A stretch of 64,000 bases of DNA from an uncultured Aquificales bacterium (GTDB lineage: Bacteria > Thermosulfidibacterota > Thermosulfidibacteria > Thermosulfidibacterales > Thermosulfidibacteraceae). The translations under genes were made by a program, and so were the position numbers. Positions 37,348 through 47,742 of the stretch are shown in pieces (positions within the stretch are counted from its first letter, which is position 1; each line of letters begins with the position of its first letter). The DNA lies in contig CAYVOC010000003.1 in NCBI GenBank assembly GCA_964453345.1, forward strand, positions 4,997 to 68,996, given 5' to 3'. Below the pieces are notes generated by a model, which was not told where the DNA came from, did no database searches, and saw only the letters and a program-made list of their open reading frames with translations.

Positions 37348-38173
37348 TAGATGGCGTCTGCTGGATGCTGCTCACAGAGCGCTGGAGCTGGCCGGTGCGG
37401 ACGGGAAGAATCTGGAGCCGGCCTCTTCCGGTAAGAAGGGGCTGGTTTTTCTGGCGGATTCTGTGGTGGTTCGCCTGTATACGAATCCCCTCTATTATCT
37501 GCGCAGAAGGCTGGTTGATGCAAGGCTTCTAAGGCTGGGGATCCCTCTTTCTCCGGAGGTTGTTGCAACAGGCTGCTTCTTCTTTAAGAGGCCCCTGTGG
37601 TTTGTGGTTGAGGAGAGGTTGCAGCAGCCGGGTGCCCTTTCGCCTGATCAGAAGCTGGACTTTGTGAAAAGGCTGGGGCTTCTCCATGCGGAAACTTCTG
37701 TCAAGGTGGGAGCAGGATTCATCTGGAGAAAGTGGGCAAAGAAAACGGATGCAAACGCAAAGTTTTTGTTGAATAACACAACCTTGGAGTTTTCAAAGAC
37801 TCTGGCCGGGATGTGGACGGATCTGAGGGCGAGGGGGGTTACTCCCTCATCTGTTTCTCTGTGCCACAGGGATGTGGGGCTGTCCAACATGGGGCTCAAG
37901 GGGGAAAGGCTTCTGCTCATTGATTGGGACAGGGCGTCTCTTTTCTTCCCCCTTTATGAGCTGATTCAGGCGTGCTACTTTCTTGATCTGGATCCCGTTG
38001 ATGCCCTTTGTGCCTGCGGGATTCCCGTATGTAGGGATGAGCTTGCGCTTATGCTGGTCTCCTTTTGCATTTCAAGGGCGAAGAAGGAGTATAAGAGGGG
38101 ATCTGTTTCCGAGAGACTCGGGAGGTTTGTGAAATGGGCAGAGAGGATCTTTTCAGAAGGTTACCAAAGGTAG
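37340..38173 (+). CDS. APH / LPS-kinase-like phosphotransferase
   Basis: HRDVGLSN (HxDxxxxN) catalytic loop and LLIDWD metal-binding motif. Confidence 0.75.
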   Translation: MVDRWRLLDAAHRALELAGADGKNLEPASSGKKGLVFLADSVVVRLYTNPLYYLRRRLVDARLLRLGIPLSPEVVATGCFFFKRPLWFVVEERLQQPGALSPDQKLDFVKRLGLLHAETSVKVGAGFIWRKWAKKTDANAKFLLNNTTLEFSKTLAGMWTDLRARGVTPSSVSLCHRDVGLSNMGLKGERLLLIDWDRASLFFPLYELIQACYFLDLDPVDALCACGIPVCRDELALMLVSFCISRAKKEYKRGSVSERLGRFVKWAERIFSEGYQR

Positions 38174-39519
38174 ATGCCTTTCTCAAAAGGCCGGAGGTTG
38201 AGAGGCTCTGCTCCTCCTATCCCAGGTGGGTGGTTGTGGAGTCCATCAGGCGGATGCTGGAGGAGAAGAGAAGACAGATAAGGGAAGGGCTTGAGCCTTC
38301 GGTCGATCTGGAGGATCTGGTTGCGGAGCTTGAGAGGAGGGTCCCCTACGAGGCGCTTCCCTCCCTAAGAAGGGTCATCAACGCCACAGGAGTCGTTTTG
38401 CACACCAACCTGGGCAGGGCTCCTCTGGCCCATGAGGCCGTTGAGTCTATAAGGAACGTCTCCGTCTGGTATTCAACCCTTGAGTATGATCTGGAAACTG
38501 GAAGGAGGGGATTGAGGTATCTTCATGTGGTTGATGTGATAAAGCGGATAACCGGTGCTCCGTCTGCTCTGGTTGTCAACAACAACGCTGCGGCCGTCTT
38601 TCTGGTTTTGAATACCCTCGCTTGTGGGAAGGAGGTGATTGTATCCAGAGGTGAGCTGATAGAGATAGGCGGCTCCTTCAGGATTCCCGATGTGATGAGA
38701 TCGGCCGGTGCTGTGTTGAGGGAGGTGGGGACCACCAACAAGACCAAGCTTGAGGATTACAGGAGGGCCATAGGGGAGAACACGGCCCTTATACTGAAGG
38801 TTCATACCAGCAATTACCGGATAGTGGGGTTTACGGAGAGCGTCCCTCTCAGGGATCTGGTGGGACTCGGCAGGGAATACGGAATACCGGTCTATGAGGA
38901 TCTGGGAAGCGGCCTTTTTGTTGATGTAAGAAGGTTTGGTCTTCCCTATGAACCCACGGTCCAGGAGTCCATAAGGGCGGGGGCTGATCTGGTTTCCTTC
39001 AGCGGGGATAAGCTTCTCGGTTCCACACAGGCGGGGATAATTCTGGGCAGGGAGGATCTGATAGAGAGGATACGCAGGAACCCCATAAACAGGGCCTTGA
39101 GGATAGATAAGCTCACCCTTGCAGGGCTTGAGGCTACCTTTAGGATCTACCTCGAGGGTGAGGATGCCGCTGTAGATAAGATCCCGGTTTTGAGGATGCT
39201 TGCCCAGTCTGTTGATGAGATAAGGGGAAGGGCCGAGAGGGTTCTGGAGGCCTTGCGGGAAATTGATGGATACGCCTTTGAGCTTGTTGAGGATGTGGCG
39301 ACAGTCGGGGGTGGTGCCCTTCCCACTGCTCAATTGCCCACCTTTTGCGTTGCCATTTCAGGAGGATCTCCGGAGGAGCTGGAGGAAAGACTCAGGAGGC
39401 GTCCCATGGTTCCCGTGATAGGCAGGATAAAGAACGATAGGCTTCTGCTTGATATGAGGACGGTGAGGGATGAGGAGGTTGATCTGCTTGTGAAAAGTGT
39501 TAGGGAGGCGCTTTCATGA
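38134..39519 (+). CDS. selA: L-seryl-tRNA(Sec) selenium transferase
   Basis: [44 protein letters not shown] and PLP Lys motif SFSGDKLLG. Confidence 0.97.
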   Translation: MGREDLFRRLPKVDAFLKRPEVERLCSSYPRWVVVESIRRMLEEKRRQIREGLEPSVDLEDLVAELERRVPYEALPSLRRVINATGVVLHTNLGRAPLAHEAVESIRNVSVWYSTLEYDLETGRRGLRYLHVVDVIKRITGAPSALVVNNNAAAVFLVLNTLACGKEVIVSRGELIEIGGSFRIPDVMRSAGAVLREVGTTNKTKLEDYRRAIGENTALILKVHTSNYRIVGFTESVPLRDLVGLGREYGIPVYEDLGSGLFVDVRRFGLPYEPTVQESIRAGADLVSFSGDKLLGSTQAGIILGREDLIERIRRNPINRALRIDKLTLAGLEATFRIYLEGEDAAVDKIPVLRMLAQSVDEIRGRAERVLEALREIDGYAFELVEDVATVGGGALPTAQLPTFCVAISGGSPEELEERLRRRPMVPVIGRIKNDRLLLDMRTVRDEEVDLLVKSVREALS

Positions 39520-41363
39520 AGTATGTTATAGTGGGAACGGCGGGGCACATAGACCACGGCAAGACCTCTCTGGTCAAGGCCATAACGGGGATTGACACGG
39601 ACAGGCTGCCCGAGGAGAAGCGCAGGGGGATCACCATAGATCTCGGATTTGCCCATCATAGGCTTGCCGATGATCTGGCTGTGAGCTTTGTCGATGTGCC
39701 GGGGCATGAGAAGCTGGTGAAGACCATGATAGCGGGTGCCTGCGGCATAGATATGGTGCTTCTTGTTGTGGCGGCGGATGAGGGCATCATGCCCCAGACC
39801 GTTGAGCATCTCCATATATGCGAAATACTGGGGATAAACAGGGGAGTGGTGGCCCTCAATAAGGCGGACAAGGTGGATCCTGATACCTTAGAGATCGTCC
39901 TCGATGAGGTGAAGGAGTTTCTCAAAAGAACCCCCTTCAGGGATGCCCCTGTGATACCCGTCTCTGCCAGGACCGGCGAGGGGGTGGATGAGCTTGTGAA
40001 GGCGCTGGTTGATGTTGCAAGAAGGGTTGAGAGAAAGCCAAAATCAAAGATTCTGAGGATGCCCATAGACAGGGTCTTTAAGGTGAAGGGCTTTGGAACG
40101 GTGGTTACCGGAACCATATTCTCAGGATCGGTGAGGGTGCAGGATACGGTCCAGATACAGCCCGGTGGCTCCCTATACAGGGTCAGAAACATTCAGGTCA
40201 GGGGCGAAAACGTTGAGGAGTCGAGGTGGGGAACCAGAACGGCCCTTAACCTTCAGGGGCTTGAGGCGGACAGGGTATCCCGGGGGGATGTGGTTGTGCA
40301 GCCGGGTTTCTTCCCTCCCACCAGGATTCTTGATGCGAAGATATTCCTGCTCGAGGATGCTAAACCTCTCAGAGATATGGCTCCTGTCAGGGTGCATGTG
40401 GCCACGGCCGAGGTGGTGGGCAGGATCAAGCTCCTTGACAGGGAGGTTTTGAAGCCCGGGGAGGGGACCTACTGCAGGATACACCTCGAGGAAGAGGTTG
40501 TGGCTGCCAACACCGATCCTGTTGTTTTGAGAAGTTATTCACCCGTCCTCACCATAGGGGGCGGGGTTATACTGGACGCCCTTCCGGACACTAAGCGCAT
40601 AAAGAGGTCCGAGCTTGCCCGCAGGCTAAGGTTGCTGGACGGGGCGGATGATGTTCAAAGACTCCTTCTCTTCCTCGGGTGGTCCGAAGGGGGAGTTGAG
40701 CCTGAAAGGCTTAAGCACAAGCTTATGGATCCTGCTGCCTTTGAAGAGATCCTTTCCGGGCTTGAAGCCAAGGGGGAGGTGATCAGGCTTGGCGATAGGG
40801 TGGTGGATAGAAGGGGCCTTGATGGGCTGCTTCAGAAGTTGAAGAAGCTCGTTGAGGAGGCTGCATCCGAAAGGGGATACGATCTGCTCTCCTACGCTGA
40901 GCTTTCCCACAAACTCAGACTTTCAGAGGCTGCGGTCAGGGACCTTGTCAAGCTTTCAGGGCTAAAATACGGCTCAAAGGGTGTGCAGCTTTCCGATGGA
41001 CTTGAGGATGAGGCTGTGAAAAGGGTTGAAAGGATTTATAGAATGTCCGGTTTTACGCCTCCTACTATAGATGAAGCCTTTGCAAAAGCGGGGGTTCCGC
41101 AGGGGGAGAGAAGAAAAATTTTGCGATACCTGCTTGACAAGGGGATATTAGTTAGGGTGAACTTAGAACTTGCACTGCATTCAAAATATGCAAGGGAGAT
41201 GATAAAGAAAGTTGAGGAGTTTTTTGAAGGGAAGGGGGAATTGACAGTTTCCGAATTTAAAAATATGTTTGGCATAACCAGAAAGTATGCAATCCCCTAC
41301 CTTGAATTCCTTGACAGGGTAGGGGTTACAAAGAGGAGGGGAAACGTTAGAGTGAAGAGGTGA
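39516..41363 (+). CDS. selB: Selenocysteine-specific elongation factor
   Basis: [23 protein letters not shown] and C-terminal winged helix [16 protein letters not shown]. Confidence 0.97.
   Translation: MKYVIVGTAGHIDHGKTSLVKAITGIDTDRLPEEKRRGITIDLGFAHHRLADDLAVSFVDVPGHEKLVKTMIAGACGIDMVLLVVAADEGIMPQTVEHLHICEILGINRGVVALNKADKVDPDTLEIVLDEVKEFLKRTPFRDAPVIPVSARTGEGVDELVKALVDVARRVERKPKSKILRMPIDRVFKVKGFGTVVTGTIFSGSVRVQDTVQIQPGGSLYRVRNIQVRGENVEESRWGTRTALNLQGLEADRVSRGDVVVQPGFFPPTRILDAKIFLLEDAKPLRDMAPVRVHVATAEVVGRIKLLDREVLKPGEGTYCRIHLEEEVVAANTDPVVLRSYSPVLTIGGGVILDALPDTKRIKRSELARRLRLLDGADDVQRLLLFLGWSEGGVEPERLKHKLMDPAAFEEILSGLEAKGEVIRLGDRVVDRRGLDGLLQKLKKLVEEAASERGYDLLSYAELSHKLRLSEAAVRDLVKLSGLKYGSKGVQLSDGLEDEAVKRVERIYRMSGFTPPTIDEAFAKAGVPQGERRKILRYLLDKGILVRVNLELALHSKYAREMIKKVEEFFEGKGELTVSEFKNMFGITRKYAIPYLEFLDRVGVTKRRGNVRVKR
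41241..41269 (+). promoter_or_regulatory. Near-consensus sigma70 promoter inside selB, upstream of the LysR gene
   Basis: TTGACA (41241-41246), N17, TATGTT (41264-41269), in an AT-rich patch. Confidence 0.55.
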
Positions 41364-41368
41364 GAAGG

Positions 41369-42268
41369 ATGGAGCTGAGGCACATTGAGGTATTTGTGGC
41401 TGTTGTCAAAGAAAAGAGTTTTACAAAGGCTGCCGAAAGGTTGGGGCTTTCGCAGCCTACTGTAAGTCTGCATCTGCAGAGCCTTGAGCGGGAGCTGGGG
41501 GTCAGGCTCCTTGACAGGGACGGCAGAAAGATCTCCATGACCCCTGCCGGTAAGCTCTTCTACCAGTATGCGGTTGAGATCGTGGATCTCAAGAACAAGG
41601 CCATACTGGAGCTAAAAAGGTTTTTGGGAAGCGTTGAGGGCAACTTCACCATAGGTGCGAGCACCGTTCCCGGAGAGTATATCCTTCCGAGGTTGCTGCC
41701 CGGCTTTGTCAACCAGTATCCCAAAACGAGGTTCCGCATTCAGGTGATGGATTCTCGAGAGGTCAACCTGGCCGTGGCTGAGGGCGAGATGGATATGGGT
41801 GTTGTGGGCGCCAGGGCCGATGATGACAGGCTTGATTACACCCGGCTGTGTGAGGATGAGGTTGTGGTCTTTGCTCCCGCCGGGATGGACCTGGAGGGGA
41901 GCGTGGATGTTGAGGGGCTGAGGGAGATTCCCTTGGTTATGAGGGAGAAGGGTTCCGGCACAAGAGAGGCCTTTGAAGAGGCTGTGGCGCAGCTGGGGTT
42001 GAGGCCCGAGGAGCTGAAGGTGGTTGCTGAGGTGGGCAGCACCACAGCGGTTAAGGAGGCGGTGAAGAGCGGGCTTGGCTGCGGGATAGCATCAAAGATG
42101 TCCATAAGGGATGAGGTTTCATCGGGCCTGTTTAAGGTAATTGATGTAAAGGGGCTGAACATCTCCAGGGAGTTCCTCATTGTAGTCAGAAAGAACAGGA
42201 CCCTGGCCCCGGCGGTTGAGCTGTTTATAAACTACCTTACCCAGAAGGCCCCCGAGCTTTGTGGATGA
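41369..42268 (+). CDS. LysR-family regulator (selenium-metabolism-associated type by context)
   Basis: SFTKAAERLGLSQPTVS...LERELG..LLDR HTH; IGASTVPGEYILP; directly follows selA-selB. Confidence 0.9.
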   Translation: MELRHIEVFVAVVKEKSFTKAAERLGLSQPTVSLHLQSLERELGVRLLDRDGRKISMTPAGKLFYQYAVEIVDLKNKAILELKRFLGSVEGNFTIGASTVPGEYILPRLLPGFVNQYPKTRFRIQVMDSREVNLAVAEGEMDMGVVGARADDDRLDYTRLCEDEVVVFAPAGMDLEGSVDVEGLREIPLVMREKGSGTREAFEEAVAQLGLRPEELKVVAEVGSTTAVKEAVKSGLGCGIASKMSIRDEVSSGLFKVIDVKGLNISREFLIVVRKNRTLAPAVELFINYLTQKAPELCG

Positions 42269-43130
42269 GGTAGGAGACGGCTCCCGTTGCAACCGAGAAT
42301 ATGAGAAGGACAGAGTGGAATATGAACCCGGTGGTCAGGGCGGTGGATTTTTCTACACCGAGGATCATAAAGGCGCCGGTCCATCCAGCTTCGAAGGTGC
42401 CAAAGCCCCCTATGCTGTGTATGGGAAGGACCGTTGTCAGCTCTGAGAAGCTGAGTCCGAATACCGCCTGGGGGAAGCTTATCTGGTGTCCGACTGTGGC
42501 AAGTATCTCCTTGGCCAGAATGTAAAAGGATGTGTATTTGATGCCCCATATGAGGGCTGATACGGCGAAGATCTGCGGGAGGGCTGATTTCTGATCCGCC
42601 AGCCCTTCCGCCATATCCTTAAGAAAGCCTTTGATTTTTGTCCCGGCAAGCCTTGAGGCCATGCAGGCTGCGATTGCAAGGATTGCTGCAAAGGCGAGGG
42701 CTAAGCCTGTGGCTGCGGCGATTTCCTTCATCCTTTGGGGTATGACGGCGAGGGTTGCCGCTGAAAAGAAGAGGGCTATGCAGCAGATGTCGGCTATTCT
42801 TGCGGCAAGCAGTATGGATGTGAGCCTGCCCTTGGGGTATTCGCCGAGCAGATACAGAAAGCTCAGTTCCCCCGTTCTTGCAGGGTATATGTTGTTGGCC
42901 ATTGTGTGGATGGCAACGATTCTGAAAAGCTTTTTCATGCTTTCCGATGGAAGGGTGATCTTCCACCTCAGGGCCCTGGCCACAAAGCTTAAAAGATAAA
43001 GAGCGTATGCGAGAAGAATCCTGTGGGCCTTAGCCTTTCTTAGAAAATCGCCGATCAGCTCCCACTTAAGATTGAGGAGTATCGCCCCTATCAGGAGTAT
43101 TGTCAGAAGCGGTATGAGGGTTCTCTTCAT
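42237..43130 (-). CDS. Flippase-like / lysylphosphatidylglycerol synthase TM-domain protein (YbhN/AglD-like)
   Basis: RALRW, MANNIYPARTGE and PIHSIGGFGTFEAG; multi-TM. Confidence 0.85.
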   Translation of the reverse strand: MKRTLIPLLTILLIGAILLNLKWELIGDFLRKAKAHRILLAYALYLLSFVARALRWKITLPSESMKKLFRIVAIHTMANNIYPARTGELSFLYLLGEYPKGRLTSILLAARIADICCIALFFSAATLAVIPQRMKEIAAATGLALAFAAILAIAACMASRLAGTKIKGFLKDMAEGLADQKSALPQIFAVSALIWGIKYTSFYILAKEILATVGHQISFPQAVFGLSFSELTTVLPIHSIGGFGTFEAGWTGAFMILGVEKSTALTTGFIFHSVLLIFSVATGAVSYLIHKARGPSG

Positions 43131-44067
43131 GTTTAACGATCCTTCTGATGTAGTAGGGTCTTTTGTCCTGGCCCTCGAAGTATATTCTTATCATCAGCTC
43201 CCCGAGGATGCCCAAGGATATGAGCTGTATTCCGGCCATTATGAAGAGGGTGGAGATCGTGAGAAGGGGTCTGTGGCCTATGGGGTTTCCGGTGAAGATC
43301 TTGTAAAGGATCAGGTATGTGAAGGGAAGGAATCCGGCGAGGAAAATTACGCTTCCTATTCCGCCGAATATGCGCATGGGTTTTGCCTTGTATAGGAGGA
43401 GAAATTTCACCACTATGAGGTCGAGGAGCACCTTGAAGGTTCTGGATAGCCCGTATTTGCTTTTCCCTCTGGTTCTCGGCCTGTGGTTGACAGGGATTTC
43501 TGCTATGTTGCAGCCCAGCTCCGATGCAAGGGCGGGAATGAACCTGTGCTGTTCTCCGTATAGTTTCAGGTTCTTGAGGATCTCGCTTCTGTAGGCCTTG
43601 AGGCTGCAGCCGTAGTCGTGGAGCTTGACCCCTGTTACGTAGGAGATGAGGGCGTTGGCCACCTTCGATGGGAACACCCTGGTCCAGTAGGGGTCCTTTC
43701 TGTCCTTCCTCCATCCGCTGACGATATCGTATCCCTCCTCCATCTTCTCCAGAAGTTTGGGAATGTCTTTGGGATCGTTCTGAAGATCCCCGTCCATGGT
43801 CACAATGATCTTCCCCTTAGCCTGGTGGAAGCCTGCGGACATGGCGGCGGTTTGCCCGAAGTTCCTCCTAAGATGCACCACAACCACCTTGGGGTCTTTC
43901 GCCGCTATCCGGTCAAGTATCTCGGCGCTGCCGTCTGTGGAGCCGTCGTTTACGAAGATTATCTCGTAGCTTCTCCCCAGCCCCTCCAAGACCTCCTTCA
44001 ACTCCCTGTAGAGTTCTTCGATGTTTTCTCTTTCGTTGTATATGGGAATGACCACCGATATCTCCAT
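43066..44067 (-). CDS. GT2 polyprenol-phosphate glycosyltransferase (ArnC/DPM1-like)
   Basis: ISVVIPIYNE, VNDGSTDGS, RNFGQTAA, MDGDLQNDP and two C-terminal TM helices. Confidence 0.92.
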   Translation of the reverse strand: MEISVVIPIYNERENIEELYRELKEVLEGLGRSYEIIFVNDGSTDGSAEILDRIAAKDPKVVVVHLRRNFGQTAAMSAGFHQAKGKIIVTMDGDLQNDPKDIPKLLEKMEEGYDIVSGWRKDRKDPYWTRVFPSKVANALISYVTGVKLHDYGCSLKAYRSEILKNLKLYGEQHRFIPALASELGCNIAEIPVNHRPRTRGKSKYGLSRTFKVLLDLIVVKFLLLYKAKPMRIFGGIGSVIFLAGFLPFTYLILYKIFTGNPIGHRPLLTISTLFIMAGIQLISLGILGELMIRIYFEGQDKRPYYIRRIVKHEENPHTASDNTPDRGDTPQS

Positions 44068-44078
44068 GGGTCTACCTC

Positions 44079-44576
44079 CTATCTGAGGATGGCGTAGAGG
44101 GCAAGGAACCCTATGGTATTCACAGGCACCCTTACGAGAAGGGTGCTTGCAAGCAGGCTTTGATCGATTCCCCCCTTGGTCAAAAGAGAAGCTATGATGT
44201 ATTTGATGGTGGTGTCGGCTGCAAAAAGCAGTATCGCCAGGGGTATCTGAAGGGTTACGTTGCCTATCTCAAACTTTCTGCCGAGAAGCTGAGCGGCTTC
44301 GGCGAGCATCAGCTTTGACAGGGCGTTGATGCCGAGAATGGTTCCGGTGAAGAGATCTTCGGCGAGTCCTCCGATCCAGGCCCATATCAGAAGCGGGCTT
44401 CCGGACAACCCCAGCCGGAATATGATAAATGCCAGAAATATGCAGAAAACGTCTGCGTATCTGGCCACCCTCGCCGAGAAGAAGAGCAGGAATACCCTCA
44501 GACACAGGAAAAAGATGAATATGCCTATGATCTGGAGGCCGTTATCTTTTTGCCTTTTTGATCTTCTTCTTGCCAA
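44079..44576 (-). CDS. mreD: Rod shape-determining protein MreD
   Basis: Hydrophobic, GGLAEDLFTG..LGINAL; directly after mreC. Confidence 0.75.
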   Translation of the reverse strand: MARRRSKRQKDNGLQIIGIFIFFLCLRVFLLFFSARVARYADVFCIFLAFIIFRLGLSGSPLLIWAWIGGLAEDLFTGTILGINALSKLMLAEAAQLLGRKFEIGNVTLQIPLAILLFAADTTIKYIIASLLTKGGIDQSLLASTLLVRVPVNTIGFLALYAILR

Positions 44577-45360
44577 CGGGCATCTCCCCCATTACGAGAA
44601 CGTAGTGGTTGTTCTCTATCCTGTCGGTTGGTATGGCCTGCACGTTCAAAAACTTTGATTCTATGCTTCTTTCAACCTTGACGATCTTTCCCACGAACAA
44701 TCCTGGTGGAAAGACTCCGCCTATCCCGGTCGATACGATTAGATCTCCCAGCTTCACATCCATTGAGGGGGGGATGTAGTCAACAATCAGCATCCTGCCG
44801 TTTCCCCTGGCTATTCCCCTCACCTTTGATCTGTAGTCCTCAACGTGGATGGAGAATTCCGGATCGGTGGTTCCGGTTGCTATGCAGTGATCCCTGTATA
44901 CCACCCTCACCTGTCCCACTATGCCCCCTGCCCCCACCACGGCCATGCCCCTCTTTACGCCGTGTATTTTGCCTTTATCCAAGATGAACCTGTGCTGCCA
45001 GTAGTCCCCGGTCCATCCCACCACCCTTGCGGGTATGGATACAAGCCTGTAGTGCTTTTTTATTCCGAGAAGGGCCTTGAGCCTTTCGTTCTCCTCCTCA
45101 AGGGCCCTTAAAAGCGCCAGCTTCTGCTTTAGCTCCACCAGTTCTCCCTTTAATCTCTCATTCTCCTCAAGCGCCCGATAGGCCTCCACTATGGAGCTTA
45201 TGGTTTTGCCTCCCGTTGCCTTCACCTGGCTGAAGAGCAGGGCTATCTGGGAGGATACCCTCTGGGGGGCTTCTCTTATGGTGTCTATCTTCAAACGGAA
45301 GCTTATAAGGGCAAGGCTGATGAGGGCAAGGATTGTGAAGGAAAAGATCTCCCTCTTCAA
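44542..45360 (-). CDS. mreC: Rod shape-determining protein MreC
   Basis: Coiled coil [37 protein letters not shown]. Confidence 0.92.
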   Translation of the reverse strand: MKREIFSFTILALISLALISFRLKIDTIREAPQRVSSQIALLFSQVKATGGKTISSIVEAYRALEENERLKGELVELKQKLALLRALEEENERLKALLGIKKHYRLVSIPARVVGWTGDYWQHRFILDKGKIHGVKRGMAVVGAGGIVGQVRVVYRDHCIATGTTDPEFSIHVEDYRSKVRGIARGNGRMLIVDYIPPSMDVKLGDLIVSTGIGGVFPPGLFVGKIVKVERSIESKFLNVQAIPTDRIENNHYVLVMGEMPVGKKKIKKAKR

Positions 45361-46382
45361 GCTACGGATATCCTCTTGAGCAGGGGTAGATGCTCAAGAA
45401 CCTTGCCGGCGCCCTCCACCACGCAGGTGAGGGGATCTTCAGCTATTATGACGGGAAGCTTGGTCTTTTCCGCTATGACCCTGTCGAGGCCGGGAAGTAG
45501 CGCTCCCCCACCTGCAAGCACGATGCCCCTTTCGGCAAGATCAGCGGAGAGCTCAGGCGGAGCCTTTTCAAGGGCCTCTTTGACGGCGCTCACGATCTTT
45601 GAAACGGTATCGGTTATGGCTTCCCTTATCTCTGCGGAGGTTATCTTCACGGTTGCCGGTATCCCTTCTGTCAGGTTTCTGCCCTTGACCTCCACATAGC
45701 CCTCCCTGTCCGCATCCGGATGGGCGGAGGCGATCTCAAGCTTTATCTTTTCCGCGGTCTTCTCGCCGATTATAAGGTTGTGCTTTTTCTTGATATACTG
45801 GGCTATCGCCTCGTCCAGTTCATCTCCCGCTATTCTCAGGGAGTAGCTGTAAACTATCCCGGACAGAGATATTATGGCTATCTCGGTGGTGCCGCCGCCT
45901 ATGTCCACGATCATGTTTCCCACAGGCTCCTGAACCGGAAGCCCCGCTCCTATGGCCGCGGCCATGGGCTGTTCAATAAGGTAAACCTCCCGTGCGCCTG
46001 CCGACAGAGCCGAATCTATCACCGCCTTCTTTTCCACCTGGGTTATGCCCGATGGGATGGCCACGACTATTCTGGGCCTGACAAAGGATTTCCTGTTGTG
46101 CACCTTCTTTATGAAATGGGCCAGCATGGCCTCGGTGACCTCAAAGTCGGTTATGACGCCGTCCCTTAAGGGCCTTATGGAAACAATGTTGCCGGGGGTT
46201 TTTCCCAGCATCCTTTTGGCCTCTTCTCCAACCGCAAGGATCGTGTTGGTGTCCTTGTCTATGGCCACAACGGAAGGCTCTCTTAAAACAATCCCCTTCC
46301 CCTTCACATAGACTAAGGTGTTGGCGGTTCCCAGATCAATGGCAAGATCCTTTGAAAAAAAGCCGAGGAATTTGTCCAGCAT
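45357..46382 (-). CDS. mreB: Actin-like MreB
   Basis: [26 protein letters not shown] and LAGGGALL. Start set at ATG 46382 (SD GGAGG). Confidence 0.98.
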   Translation of the reverse strand: MLDKFLGFFSKDLAIDLGTANTLVYVKGKGIVLREPSVVAIDKDTNTILAVGEEAKRMLGKTPGNIVSIRPLRDGVITDFEVTEAMLAHFIKKVHNRKSFVRPRIVVAIPSGITQVEKKAVIDSALSAGAREVYLIEQPMAAAIGAGLPVQEPVGNMIVDIGGGTTEIAIISLSGIVYSYSLRIAGDELDEAIAQYIKKKHNLIIGEKTAEKIKLEIASAHPDADREGYVEVKGRNLTEGIPATVKITSAEIREAITDTVSKIVSAVKEALEKAPPELSADLAERGIVLAGGGALLPGLDRVIAEKTKLPVIIAEDPLTCVVEGAGKVLEHLPLLKRISVA

Positions 46383-46406
46383 GACCCCTCCTGCGTGCAG
46401 CATAAA

Positions 46407-46480
46407 TGCCCCCGGGGCGACTTGAACGCCCGACCTACGGCTCCGGAGGCCGTCGCTCTATCCAGCTGAGCTACGGGGGC
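46407..46480 (-). tRNA. tRNA-Arg(CCG), CCA not encoded
   Basis: Reverse complement GCCCCCG-TAGCTCAGCTGGATAGAGC-G-ACGGC-CT-CCG-GA-GCCGT-AGGTC-GGGCG-TTCAAGT-CGCCC-CGGGGGC-A folds into a full cloverleaf. Confidence 0.95.
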
Positions 46481-46492
46481 TTGCCTTGCCAA

Positions 46493-46520
46493 AGTATAAC
46501 CCGTTGACTTGAGGTGTCAA
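46493..46520 (-). promoter_or_regulatory. Putative sigma70 promoter for tRNA-Arg-mreBCD
   Basis: Minus strand TTGACA, N16, TATACT, ending 12 nt before the tRNA 5' end. Confidence 0.6.
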
Positions 46521-46562
46521 GAATGCTTGAAATTCTGTATCTTACTGCTGGAGGTGTTCCCC

Positions 46563-47741
46563 TTGAGGCTGGTTGTGAAGAGGAGGTTCGTCCAGCGAAT
46601 AAGAGAGGGCTACCCGTGGATATACAGGGAGTGGGTTGAGAAGCTGGAGGAGGTTGAGCCTGGAGGTGTGTGCTCCGTTCACTCGCCAACGGGTAAATTC
46701 CTCGGCATGGCCTATGTGAATCCGGATTCCTACATTGTTGGGCGCATATACTCAAGGCGTCAGGAGCCCCTTGATAAAGATCTGGTGAAGAGAAGGCTTG
46801 AGAGGGCCATGGCCCTGAGGGACTCCCTTGACATAGACTCCTCCGCCTTCAGGATACTTTTCAGCGAGGCCGACGGGCTGCCCGGCCTCATAGTGGACTG
46901 GTATTCGGGGGTGGTGGTCTTTCAAATCCTCACCCTCGGAATGGAGAGGATAAGGGATCAGGTGGTTGAGGCCATAAGGGAGTTCCTGAATCCGAGGGCC
47001 CTTGTGGAGAGGAGGGATGCTCCCGGAAGGCACCTCGAGGGACTTCCCGTTGAGAGGGCTGAGGTTTACTTCGGTTCCAAGTGGATAGAGCACGGCAGGG
47101 TCAGGATAGAGGAAAACGGGGTCAAGTTCTGGGTGGATCTCTTCCACGGCCATAAGACCGGACATTATCTGGATCAGAGGGAAAACAGAAAGGAGGTGGC
47201 GCAGCTTGCCAAGGGCAAGAAGGTTCTTGATTGTTTCTGCAACACCGGTGGTTTCGGGATAACCTGTGCGGTTTACGGGGCTGAAGAGGTTATCGGGATA
47301 GATCTGTCCGAGAAGGTGCTTGAGCTTGCAGAGGAGAACGCAAAGCTCAATCGGGTTGACGGCAAGGTCTTCTTTGTGAAGGGCAACGTCTTTGACGAGC
47401 TGAGAACCCTTGTCAGGAGGGGCAAGGAGTTTGACGTAGTGATCCTTGATCCTCCCTCCTTCACCAAATCCAGAAAGACCCTTGACAATGCGCTTAGGGG
47501 ATACAAGGACATAAACGTCAATGCGCTTAAGCTTGTCAAAAAGGGTGGTTTTCTGGTTACAGCCTCCTGTTCCCATCACGTCACCCTTGATCTCTTCATG
47601 GGGGTTGTGGAGGAGGCCCTGAGGGATGTGGGTAGGAATGCAAGGGTTGTTTCCATAAGGTTTCAGGCCAAGGATCATCCCGTTATCATGCAGATGCCGG
47701 AGTCCCTGTATCTTAAGCTGCTCATTCTGGAGGTGGACTGA
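46563..47741 (+). CDS. rlmI: RlmI-like rRNA m5C methyltransferase (PUA plus class I MTase)
   Basis: YPWIY, SEADGLPGLIVD, GHKTGHYLDQRENR, ILDPPSF and ASCSHH. Confidence 0.85.
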   Translation: MRLVVKRRFVQRIREGYPWIYREWVEKLEEVEPGGVCSVHSPTGKFLGMAYVNPDSYIVGRIYSRRQEPLDKDLVKRRLERAMALRDSLDIDSSAFRILFSEADGLPGLIVDWYSGVVVFQILTLGMERIRDQVVEAIREFLNPRALVERRDAPGRHLEGLPVERAEVYFGSKWIEHGRVRIEENGVKFWVDLFHGHKTGHYLDQRENRKEVAQLAKGKKVLDCFCNTGGFGITCAVYGAEEVIGIDLSEKVLELAEENAKLNRVDGKVFFVKGNVFDELRTLVRRGKEFDVVILDPPSFTKSRKTLDNALRGYKDINVNALKLVKKGGFLVTASCSHHVTLDLFMGVVEEALRDVGRNARVVSIRFQAKDHPVIMQMPESLYLKLLILEVD

Positions 47742-47742
47742 G

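Noticed and set aside
41134-41316. TTGACA at 41134 and 41311 as promoters
   Set aside because: Neither has a -10-like hexamer at 16-18 nt spacing.
38134-42268. Selenoproteins or tRNA-Sec near selA/selB
   Set aside because: Among the TGA-ending genes I examined, all stop at natural family C-termini or at overlaps with the next gene. I saw no conserved Cys position encoded by TGA and no selC cloverleaf. A formal bSECIS scan was not run.
46383-46403. mreB start at 46403 as in the ORF track
   Set aside because: ATG 46382 has the SD and matches typical MreB N-termini; 46403 abuts the tRNA 3' end.
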